Origin: Candidatus Multivorans sp.
Lineage (GTDB): Bacteria; Acidobacteriota; Thermoanaerobaculia; Multivoradales; Multivoraceae
Assembly (NCBI GenBank): GCA_965224025.1
Contig: OZ245033.1
Coordinates: forward strand, 2,432,001-2,496,000
DNA length: 64,000 nt
Reading direction: 5' to 3'
This document shows positions 37,281-45,568 of the stretch, piece after piece. A program made the position numbers and the translations under genes. Under the pieces are notes generated by a model. It did no database searches. It saw nothing but the letters and a program-made list of their open reading frames with translations, and was not told the DNA's origin. Each line of letters opens with the position of its first letter. Positions within the stretch are counted from its first letter, which is position 1.

Positions 37281-37407
37281 GCGACGGCACTCCTGGCGGC
37301 GGAACCGCGCTGACGATCGCCGCAGCGCGATTCCACGGCATACCGAGATCAACCGGATACTGGCGCGGAAGATCTGCGCGGATCTCGGGGTCGAGCGGAT
37401 CCCCTGA
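37281..37407 (+). pseudogene. 3' fragment of hicA
   Basis: About 127 bp nearly identical to 45119-45245 (RHS(W/R)RNRADDRRSAIPRHTEINRILARKICADLGV); no 5' end and no hicB. Confidence 0.85.
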
Positions 37408-37419
37408 GCCGTTGCGCTA

Positions 37420-38307
37420 TCAGTCGCCGCCGCCGCCGCCGGTGCTCCCGGCTTCTGCGGCCAGCACGTCGGACTCGAGCATCCGCGCGCCGCGCAGCGT
37501 GTTGCCCATCGCGTAGTTGCCCTCGTGGCAGGCGTACTCGTAGACGAGTTCCGGGCGGTTCCTCCAGATGTACTCGCCGGACCAGGCCGTCTGCCAGGTG
37601 GCCGGATCGTCCATCGTGAACCGGTAGAGGATGTCGCCGTTCGGCTGCAGGGTCAGGCGCTCCGTGGCGTGCAGCTCCTGGGTCGATCCGCGCAGGAACG
37701 TCCTGGGGTGGAAGTTCACGGAGTCGATGACCAGGGTGTCGCCCTCCCACCAGCCGATGGAGTCGCCGAGCCACTTCCGCTCTTCGGGACTCGGATGCTC
37801 GGAGTTCAGGCGCACGATGCGGGCGTCGTGGACCATTTCGATCAGGATCATGATGTGGTCTTCGGTCTGCACCGCCCGCTTGTAGTTGTTGTAGCCGCTC
37901 GGAAGCGTCGGCGTGGCGCCGGTGAAACCGACGATGCAGCGCTCGGTGACCGGCAGCGACTCGGGGCCGTCGTAGGGACCGGGGCCCTCGATGTCGAGCC
38001 ACCACGCGGAGCCGTCGTTCGGTCGGCGCAGTTGGTCGCGCGCCGCCCTTTTCGCCTTTGCGGCATCGGTCCTTTCCGGCATGCGGCCGTTCGGCGGGTC
38101 GACGATGATCGACGTCCGGAACTTGCCGTCCACCGAGAAGGCCTCGGTGCCGAAATCGAGCCAGAAGAAGTTGTAGCCGCCCACGTTGCCGGCCAGATCG
38201 GGCCGACCACCGGGAGTGCGCTTGATCTCGTCGTCGGCCGCCAGGGCAGGCGTCGTGATCAGGAGCAGGACTATGGCGATCAGGGCCGCCGGGGCTCCGG
38301 CTTTCAT
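37420..38307 (-). CDS. Secreted conserved hypothetical protein, paralog 2 (64-aa internal deletion)
   Basis: Signal peptide; PDL, ERCIVG, EMVHDARIV, GDSIGWWEGDTLVIDS and YEYACHEGNY; highly similar to 38330-39409. Confidence 0.8.
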   Translation of the reverse strand: MKAGAPAALIAIVLLLITTPALAADDEIKRTPGGRPDLAGNVGGYNFFWLDFGTEAFSVDGKFRTSIIVDPPNGRMPERTDAAKAKRAARDQLRRPNDGSAWWLDIEGPGPYDGPESLPVTERCIVGFTGATPTLPSGYNNYKRAVQTEDHIMILIEMVHDARIVRLNSEHPSPEERKWLGDSIGWWEGDTLVIDSVNFHPRTFLRGSTQELHATERLTLQPNGDILYRFTMDDPATWQTAWSGEYIWRNRPELVYEYACHEGNYAMGNTLRGARMLESDVLAAEAGSTGGGGGD

Positions 38308-38329
38308 TCTGTGTCCACCAGGTTTTCGA

Positions 38330-39409
38330 TCAGTCGCCGCTGCCGGCCCCGGTGCTGGCGGCCTTCGCGGCCAGTGCGTCGGCCTCGAGCACCCGCGCGC
38401 CGCGCAGCGTCCCGCCCATCGAGTAGTTGCCTTCGTGGCAGGCGTACTCGTAGACATTCGCCGGGCTGCGCATCCAGATGTACTCGCCGGACCAGGGGAC
38501 GTCCCAGGTGGCCGGATCCTCGATCGTGAACTGGTAGAGGATGTCGCCGTTCGGCTGCAGCGTGAGGCGCTCCGTGACGTGGGATTCCTGGGTGGCGCCG
38601 CGCAGGACGGCCTTCGGGTGGAAGTTGCGCGAGTCGATGACCAGGGTGTCGCCTTCCCACCAGCCGACCGAGTGGCCGAGCCACTTCCGCTCTTCGGGGC
38701 TCGGGTGCTCGGCGTTCAGGCGCACGATCCGGGCGTCGTGGACCATCTCGATCAGGATCATGATGTGGTCCTCGGTCTGAACCACGCGCTTGAAGTTGTT
38801 GTAGAGGCTCGGGAAGGTCGGCGTGGCGCCGGTGAAGCCGACGATGCAGCGCTCGGTCACCGGAAGCGTCTCCGGGCCGTCGTACGGGCCGTGGCCCTCG
38901 ATGTCGAGCCACCAGGCGGAGCCGTCGTTGGGCCGGCGTAGCCGGCGGCGCTCGGCGGCCCTCGCCTTGCCGGCCTCGGTCATCTCCGGCATGCGGCCGT
39001 TCGGAGGATCGAAGATGATCGAGGTCCGGAACTTGCCGTCGACCGCGAATGCCTCGGTCCCGGCCTCGACCCAGAATCGGTTGTAGCCGCCCACGTTGCC
39101 GGCGCCGCCCGTGGTCCCGTCGCCGCCGACCGGCGGGGGCTTGCGGTTCGGATCGGAGATCTGGTGCCGATCCTGGCGGTACTGGGCCGCATCGGCCTCG
39201 ATCTTCTCGGCGTCTTCCGTAGAGAGGAAGAGGTTCTCGCCGTACTTTTCGGGCCGCTGGAGCGGCGTCAGGGTGCCGGCGTCGAAGGTGCCGGTCAGGT
39301 CGGGCTTGCCGTTGGCGGCGCGTTTGATCTCGCCTTCGGCGGCCAGGGCAGGGGCCGCGAACAGCAGCACGACGAGGGCGGTCAGAGCTGCGGGGACTCG
39401 GACTCTCAC
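38330..39409 (-). CDS. Secreted conserved hypothetical protein, paralog 1 (integration target)
   Basis: GGAGG-N7-GTG start; signal peptide; GKPDLTG, TPLQRP, GWWEGDTLVIDS and YEYACHEGNY. Confidence 0.82.
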   Translation of the reverse strand: MRVRVPAALTALVVLLFAAPALAAEGEIKRAANGKPDLTGTFDAGTLTPLQRPEKYGENLFLSTEDAEKIEADAAQYRQDRHQISDPNRKPPPVGGDGTTGGAGNVGGYNRFWVEAGTEAFAVDGKFRTSIIFDPPNGRMPEMTEAGKARAAERRRLRRPNDGSAWWLDIEGHGPYDGPETLPVTERCIVGFTGATPTFPSLYNNFKRVVQTEDHIMILIEMVHDARIVRLNAEHPSPEERKWLGHSVGWWEGDTLVIDSRNFHPKAVLRGATQESHVTERLTLQPNGDILYQFTIEDPATWDVPWSGEYIWMRSPANVYEYACHEGNYSMGGTLRGARVLEADALAAKAASTGAGSGD

Positions 39410-39543
39410 TCTGTTTCCTCCAGGGTTTTCAGGGGCTGTCGGGAAGTCTCGGAAACTCTCGAAAAATCTATGTGGATCAAGGGTTTGCGACGTTAACCGG
39501 CCTTCACGTGATACTGTGCGGTTTCGCAGGCTCCCAGCGACAA

Positions 39544-39598
39544 TGTGGGACCCGGTGAGGGACTGGCTGAGGGTCACGGACAAAAAGGAGTATGGGAC
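39544..39598 (+). repeat. Putative integrase arm-binding sites
   Basis: TGTGGGAC (39544), TGAGGGAC (39556) and TGAGGGTC (39568) at a 12-bp period, plus TATGGGAC (39591). A matching pair GTTGGGTC/TGCGGGAC lies at 45414/45426. Confidence 0.55.
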
Positions 39599-39618
39599 AC
39601 GGAGGGAGATTCCGTCAG

Positions 39619-40811
39619 ATGCCAAGGAGGAAGCTGACCGCCGCGTTCGTGCGGTCCGTCGACCGGGCTGGAAAGTACGGTGACCAGCACGGGCTCATTC
39701 TACGCGTCCGCCCGACCGGCTCCAAACAGTGGATCTGGCGTGGCACCGTTGCGGGCCGCCGGGTCGATCTCGGGCTGGGTGGCTATCCCTACACGACCCT
39801 GCGCGAGGCCCGCGACCGGGCGTTCGAGTACCGGAGGGCCGCCAGGTCCGGCCGCCACCCGAAGGCGCTCAGCAAGCGCGTCCCGACCTTCTCGGAGGCG
39901 GCCGAGCGCGTGATCGAGATGCACCGCTCTTCCTGGCGGGCCTGCAGCGCCAGCGACGAGGACTGGCGCCGCACGCTACGCCTCTACGCCATGCCCCGTT
40001 TGGGGCGATGCGAGTGAGCGAGATCAGCACGGCGGACATCATGGCGGTGCTGCAGCCGATATGGGGCGCGAAGGCCGTGACGGCAAGGCGCGTCCGACAG
40101 CGGATCGGAGCGGTCATGAGGTGGGCGATCGCGCGGGGCTACCGGGCCGACAATCCCGCAGGCGACGCGGTTACCGCGGCGTTGCCGCGAAACGCAGCGC
40201 AGCCGGAGCACTTCCGTGCGCTGCCACATAACGAGGTGGCGGCGGTGCTGGCGAAGGTGCGGCAGTCGGAGGCCGGTCCCTGTGCGCGGCTCTCCCTGGA
40301 GTTTCTGATCCTGACTGCGGCGAGAGCAGGCGAAGTCCGGCACGCGCGCTGGGTCGAGGTTGACCGAGCCGGCAGGGTCTGGGCGATTCCGGCCTCACGG
40401 ATGAAGGCCAGCCGGGAACATCGCGTTCCGCTAGCGCGACGGGCGCTTGAAGTGCTCGACGAGGTCAGGAACCTCGGGGACGGCTCGCCACTAATCTTCC
40501 CCTCGTCGCATACAGGCAGAACCCTGAGCTCCGGCGTGTGGTGGAAGCTCCTGCGCCGCCTTGACCTCGACTGCACGGTTCACGGATTCCGCAGTTCGTT
40601 TCGCGACTGGTGCGGGGAGAACGGGGTGCCGCGCGAACTCGCCGAGGCTTGCCTCGCCCACGCGATCGGCAACCAGGCCGAAGCCGCGTACGCGCGTTCC
40701 GACTTGTTGGAGCGGCGGCGTCGCGTGATGGAGGACTGGGGTCAGTACGCGAACGACGACCATCTCGATCCTGCTAGCGCTGGAACTACCTCTGCTGTCG
40801 GATTGGACTGA
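39619..40811 (+). pseudogene. P4-like tyrosine integrase with arm-DNA-binding domain; one frameshift near 40005
   Basis: MPRRKLTAAFV...GLILRV...LGLGGYPYTTLREAR; after the shift: LTAARAGEVR, RMKASREHRVPL, VHGFRSSFRDW, LAHAIG and AYARSDLLERRR. The shift lies in TTGGGGCG. Confidence 0.88.
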
Positions 40812-41203
40812 GACTATCTGGTACTTAAGTTCAAGAACCAGCCGCTCGGCCGCTTGACCGACGGGGCGGTGGCACGCGATCTTAGTAGCTACCACAAGAC
40901 TAGCCGGCGCTGATCACCCGGCCGTGAGCGGTGCGGGGCGGCCAACTACTGCGTTGGTCTAAGACTGGAGCAGAACCGGCGCCGTGGGGCGCGAAGTGTG
41001 TGTGGGAGCCGAACGGGTCTGTTTCGGCACACTGAGTGGCCGTCGGATAATCGCTGCCGAGAAGAGAGGGCGCGGTTGACCAGTCAAGCGTCTTGCTCGG
41101 CGCTCAGATCCTTCTGGTCAAGGAGGTCAAGAAGATACAGGGCGGAAACGAACTGATCGCCGGCATTGACTCTCATTCCGTGCTGACGAGCATTTACACC
41201 GAT

Positions 41204-41740
41204 GGCTCTTCAGGGTTTCGAGTGGAACGTGAGTGAATCGGGGTAGAGTTCGAGTCCACCGAGATGGAAGTAGATGGCGTTGCGGAAGCGGTTGCGATTT
41301 CGATAGCCGCGGGCGGTTTTCTTGAGGGACTGTATGACCGAGTTGATGCCTTCCAGGCGGGCGTTGGTCACTCCTTGCTCGATGGCGTTGAGCATGCCGT
41401 CGAGATGAGCTTTGATCATCCTTGCGACCTTCTTCATGGGCTCCAGGCGGCAGCGGATCGCCCACGAGTACCAGCCCTCGTAGGTGGCCCGGGCCTCGTC
41501 GCGGTCCGAGGTCTCCCACATCAGCATCGCCAACTCCTTTAGATGCCAGCAGCGGGCGGTCTTCGACGTGCCGTCGATCAAGTCCTTGAAGCGGACCCAG
41601 GAGCGCACCGGCACATGGTCAGGGTGATACAGCCACAGGTAGCGCGTCTTGGCCAGACTGTCGTCGCCACGGCTCCGCAGAAGCCGGTGCTCCTCGCGGC
41701 GCACCTTGTCCACGGCCTCGCCGAGGCGGTTCCTGGCCCG
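41204..41740 (-). pseudogene. ISL3-family transposase 3' remnant with terminal IR
   Basis: AVDKVRREE, KTRYLWL and TNARLEGINSVIQSLKKTARGYRN; GGCTCTTC terminus at 41204; N-terminal part missing. Confidence 0.85.
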
Positions 41741-41945
41741 GTACCGACGCCGCGCCACGGTAGCTAGGCGGCTGCGGCCTGCGCGAGTTGTGAGGAGGCC
41801 ACCAGACGGATGATGCGAACGAATGGATAGCCGCCCTGGTCACGGGGTTTCTCCTGGACAGCTTGGGAGTGTGGCAGGGCGATGCGACTCGGAGCACCAG
41901 GATTGGAAGGAGTGGCGGAGTTCGTGCGGGTGGTGGAGGTCCACG

Positions 41946-41997
41946 TGTTGGGGGCAACTGTAAAGGTCCCGTTCGTGGCAACCGAAAACGGCACACT
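41946..41997 (+). mobile_element. Orphan end of a second IS21-like element
   Basis: TGTTGGGGGCAACTGTAAAGGTCCC...GGCAACCGAAAACGGCACACT: a TG terminus with reiterated internal sites, different from the ends of the adjacent IS21. Confidence 0.5.
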
Positions 41998-42174
41998 CCG
42001 CGGTTTGTCGGAGGTCGTTCGTCGTTCGATACTGCTGGTTTCGCCAACAGCCATGGAGTGTTGGCAACGTTCGGAAAGTGAGCCACCCAACGTTTGGAAA
42101 GTGAGCCACCTCGGCCGTGTTGAGTGTACGCGAGTCTTCTCTCGTCGGTCCCCCTTGAGTCAGTAGCAGTAGTG

Positions 42175-42267
42175 GCCGCGGTAGCTGTGGGAAACCGGTC
42201 TGCCGGTTTTCCAAGGCGGTGCGGGAAACGGTCCGCCGTTTTCCGCGGCGCCGGCAGCTTCCGCAGC
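42175..42267 (-). other. Multi-stem structured element in the IS21 3' region
   Basis: Minus strand: GCTGCGGAAGCTG...CAGCTACCGCGGC encloses GCGGAAAACGG-CGGA-CCGTTTCCCGC and TGGAAAACCGG-CAGA-CCGGTTTCCCA. Confidence 0.55.
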
Positions 42268-42335
42268 TGGCCGCCGGTGCGGTGCTCTCGGCGGCGGCGC
42301 CGCGGCGGTCCGGTTGCGCGTCGTGGGGTCCGGAT

Positions 42336-43086
42336 TCACGAGGGGCTTCTCCGCGGCCGTGTCCGATAGGAGGAGCCCTTTGTGGCAAGGATGTGGGCGT
42401 GGTGGGAGAGGCGGTCGAGCAGGGCCGTGGTGAGCTTCTCGTCGCCGAATACGCGGACCCATTCGGAGAAGGCGAGGTTGGAGGTGACGATGGTCGAGCG
42501 GCGCTCGTAGCGGTCGGCGAAGACGTTGAAGAGCAGCTCGCCGCCGGCGCGGTCGAGGGCACGAAGCCGAGCTCGTCGCAGATCAGGAGGTCGATCCGCT
42601 GAAGCCGCTGCTGGAGGCGGCCCAGCTCCCGCTGGTCGCGGGCTTCGATCAGGTCGCGGACGAGGTCGGAGGCCTTGCGGAACCAGACCCGGCGGCGGCG
42701 CTTCGCGGCCTCGATGCCCAGCGCGATCGCGAGATGCGTCTTGCCGGTGCCGATGGGTCCGACCAGGACGACATCGTCGCCGCGGTCGATGTAGTCGCAG
42801 GCCGCCAGCTCTCGCAGTTCGGCTTGGACACTCCTTGCAGCGCCTCGAAGTCGATCTGCTCGAGCGTCTTGCGGTCGGGGAAGCGGGCCGCCCGCGGCCG
42901 GCGCTCGACGGCGCGGGCCTCCCGATCCCGGATCTCGGCCTCGAGCAGTTGCCAGAGGTAGTCCTCGTAGTCCCACTGCGCGTCCTGGGCCTGACGCGCC
43001 CGCTGCTCGTAGTCGCGCAGCACGGAAGGCATCTTGAGCGTCTTGAGGCCCTCGGCGATGACGGCTCTGCGCGCGGCCCGGCTCAC
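42336..43086 (-). pseudogene. istB: IstB helper ATPase with two frameshifts
   Basis: ARFPDRKTLE, GPIGTGKTHLA, LLICDELGFVP and RYERRSTIVTSNLAFSEW...ALLDRL are spread over three frames (shifts near 42825 and 42560). Confidence 0.88.
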
Positions 43087-44594
43087 GATGCCGCCTCCTG
43101 AAGCAGCACGTCGAAGTCGGCGGTGCGAGCGCTCTCGACCTCGTGGCCCCGGAGCGGCTCGGGCACCTCCATCCGGGGCGCGGAGCTTCGCTCGACAAGT
43201 CCCAGCAGGTCGAAGCGGCCGGCGGCCAGGGCTTCCTCGAGAGCGGAGGCGACCTCTTCGCTGCCGTGGTCCACAACCACGCTCAGCAGCTTGGCGAAGA
43301 GCCGCGCCGTCTCCAGGGCGCCGTGCCGCAACTCCAGCATTCTCCATAGCTTGCGGTACGCCGGACCGAGCTCTGCGAGCAGCTCCGGAGCGACTTGGCG
43401 CACCGCTTGAGGTTTCCGAGACAGCTCCTCGAAGTAGTGCGCGTAGCGCACCAGGCGCTGTCCCGGCCGCACAAGGTCGCAGCGGTACTCCGCGTCGCGA
43501 CAGGAGAAGACGATGTCGCTGACGCCGACGAGGGCGTGGATCTCGAGGCTCTTCCAGCGCGAGGGAACCGAGTAGGTGGCGCCGCCCAACTGCACCGTCG
43601 CCCGCCGCGAAGCCCGCACGATCTTGAGCTTCCTTGGCTCAAAGCCGGCCGCCGGCAACTCTCGCAGCGCCTCCTGCTCCTCCTCCCACCGGGCGCGCTC
43701 ACTGTGTGCCGCGTCGACCGAAGCCAGCACCTCGCCTGCGATCTGCTCCAGAGTGCGCCCTTGGGGTACCGGACTCATGTGAGCCAGACGGATTCCCTTG
43801 CCGCGAGACTCCACGCTCCCCTTGTCGTGCCCCTCGCCGGGGCGGGCGAAGCACGGCTCGAACAGGTAATGGCTCACCAGCGCCTGGAATCGATCCGTCA
43901 ACTGACGCTCGGTGCCGACCCGGCGACGCACAGCCGCACTCAGATTGTCGTAGACCAGACGCAGCGGCACGCCGCCGAAGTGAGCGAACGCCCGCACATG
44001 GCCGTCGAGGAACGCCACCTGGTCGCAGCGGTCGTAAAGCCACGCGAACGAACGGCCCGAGTACGGCAGGTGCAGCAGGAACTTCCACACCCGGTGAGCC
44101 ACGCCGTCCTCCTCCACCGTCACCTCGAAGAACCCGGGTGGCGCGCTCCGCGCCACACGCGAACCTCTCCGGGTGCGAGTCATCGAGCACACGGAAGGCA
44201 GTCCACCTGGCCGCACTCGCCGGCACGGTGCACCAGCGGAATAAACGTCTCCCGCCGCTGACGCTTCCACTCCCGCACGTAGCTGCGCACCGTCGTGATC
44301 CCCGACCTCGTAGCCATCCTCCAGCAACTGGCGATGAAGACGCACAGCCGTCAGACGCTGCTTCGCCGTTGTCCGGCGAGACCATGTCGTCAACAACTCC
44401 TCCAGACGAGGCGCCACACCCTCCGTCACCAACCGGCGCCGGGGCTTGCTCTCCACCCGCACCGGCTCGCTCTGATCCAGGTACTTGCGCACCGTGTTGC
44501 GGCTCACACCGTGCTCGCGGGCCACCGAGCGCTGGCTCCGACCCTCCCTCAGCACCTGGTGCCGAATAACATGAACCTGATCCATCCTCAGCAA
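43083..44594 (-). pseudogene. istA: IstA transposase, internally disrupted
   Basis: HTH VSRNTVRKYL, LVYDN and GHDKGSVE. An extra G near 44300 plus a 68-bp insertion (44133-44200) keep the ORF open but put the PLVHRAGECGQVDF catalytic segment out of frame. Confidence 0.85.
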
Positions 44595-44844
44595 ATCCTT
44601 CCTCCGATCGCGTTGGTCTCATGTACAAGACCAAGCTACCGGCAAAGGGCCGAGGGTGGATCACTTTCTGCCCGTTGGGTGGCTCAGTTTCCGAGCGATG
44701 CCTCCAGAAGCGGTGAGGGCGTGCTTTGGAAGGCAGTAGGCGACGAGCGGCCGGGAACTGCTGCGGGGGTAGAGTCTGCTTTGCGGGCTGCCTAACTGGC
44801 CGGGCACCAACCACAGCTGTCTTCGAGAGAGGAGCCGGAGGAAG

Positions 44845-45060
44845 ATGCAGGAGTACACCGCGATCGTCAAACGGGCCGGCGACTGGTGGATCGGCTGGAT
44901 TGAAGAGGTGCCGGGCGTCAACTGCCAGGAGCGGAACCGCGAGGAGTTGCTGGAGACACTGGCCATCACCCTGGCCGAGGCGCTGGAGTTCAATCGGCAG
45001 GCAGCGCTGGCTGCGGCGGGCGAGGGCTACACCTTGGAGAAGGTCGTCGTCGCTACATGA
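44845..45060 (+). CDS. hicB: HicB-family antitoxin (short, partial RNase H fold)
   Basis: YTAIVKRAGDWWIGWIEEVPGVNCQERNREELLETL; RBS GGAGG. Confidence 0.85.
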   Translation: MQEYTAIVKRAGDWWIGWIEEVPGVNCQERNREELLETLAITLAEALEFNRQAALAAAGEGYTLEKVVVAT

Positions 45061-45245
45061 AGCGCAGAGCCCTTCTGCGGCATCTTCGAAGACAGGGCTG
45101 CGAGTTGGTGCGCGAGGGGCGACGGCATTCCTGGTGGCGGAACCGCGCCGACGATCGCCGCAGCGCGATTCCTCGGCATACCGAGATCAACCGGATACTG
45201 GCGCGGAAGATCTGCGCGGATCTCGGGGTCGAGCTGGTCCCCTGA
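45057..45245 (+). CDS. hicA: HicA-family toxin
   Basis: MKRRALLRHLRRQGCELVREGRRHSWW...IPRHTEI...ICADL; ATGA overlap with hicB. Confidence 0.88.
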   Translation: MKRRALLRHLRRQGCELVREGRRHSWWRNRADDRRSAIPRHTEINRILARKICADLGVELVP

Positions 45246-45535
45246 GCCCTTGAGCCCGGTGGCTTCCCGACGGGGTGCGCGGGATCGGGAGCTTGTTCCA
45301 GCCGTCTCACGCGTGCGGCCGGCGCGGCCGCAAGTAGGGCTGGGCGCCACTGAACCCTCCCGCTCGAGCCGCCGCCATCCTCTTGTGGTCTGGCTTGAGC
45401 ATGGCGCCCGCCGGTTGGGTCAGAGTGCGGGACTCTGGGGTACAGCAGTTCCCTAAACCATTGCAGAATAAGGACTTACGCCGCCTAGAGTCCCAACTCT
45501 CATTCTGTTTCCTCCAGTTTCGATTGGGTTCGGGG

Positions 45536-45541
45536 ATTGTA
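45536..45541 (-). promoter_or_regulatory. Putative -10 element (TACAAT) of the displaced native promoter
   Basis: Minus-strand TACAAT about 20 bp upstream of GGAGG-N7-ATG in attR. Confidence 0.4.
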
Positions 45542-45568
45542 CCGGAAGGCAAAGCGCACCTTCGGCCG

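Larger units (their letters stand above)
42059..44706 (-). mobile_element. IS21-family insertion sequence (degenerate)
   Basis: Ends TGTTGGCAACGTTCGGAAAGTGAGCCACCCAACG and (reverse complement) TGGAGGCATCGCTCGGAAACTGAGCCACCCAACG, each with a reiterated site; contains istA and istB; no target duplication found. Confidence 0.9.
39402..45517. mobile_element. Tyrosine-integrase genomic island bounded by 22-bp direct repeats (attL/attR)
   Basis: ACTCTCACTCTGTTTCCTCCAG (39402-39423) versus ACTCTCATTCTGTTTCCTCCAG (45496-45517). The integrase starts ~200 bp inside one end; cargo is IS remnants and hicBA. Confidence 0.8.

Noticed and set aside
39410-39620. tRNA or tmRNA as the integrase target
   Set aside because: No cloverleaf, T-arm GTTCGA consensus or CCA end at either island boundary.
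44133-44200. Insert as a group II intron remnant
   Set aside because: No GUGYG 5' end at the boundary and no domain V consensus.
43083-44594. istA as an intact 503-aa transposase
   Set aside because: The open frame results from a compensating +1 and +68 change; the first catalytic Asp segment is out of frame.
37281-45248. hicA direct repeats as the island's attL/attR
   Set aside because: The integrase would lie in the middle; the 22-bp repeat adjacent to int, with arm-like sites, fits much better.
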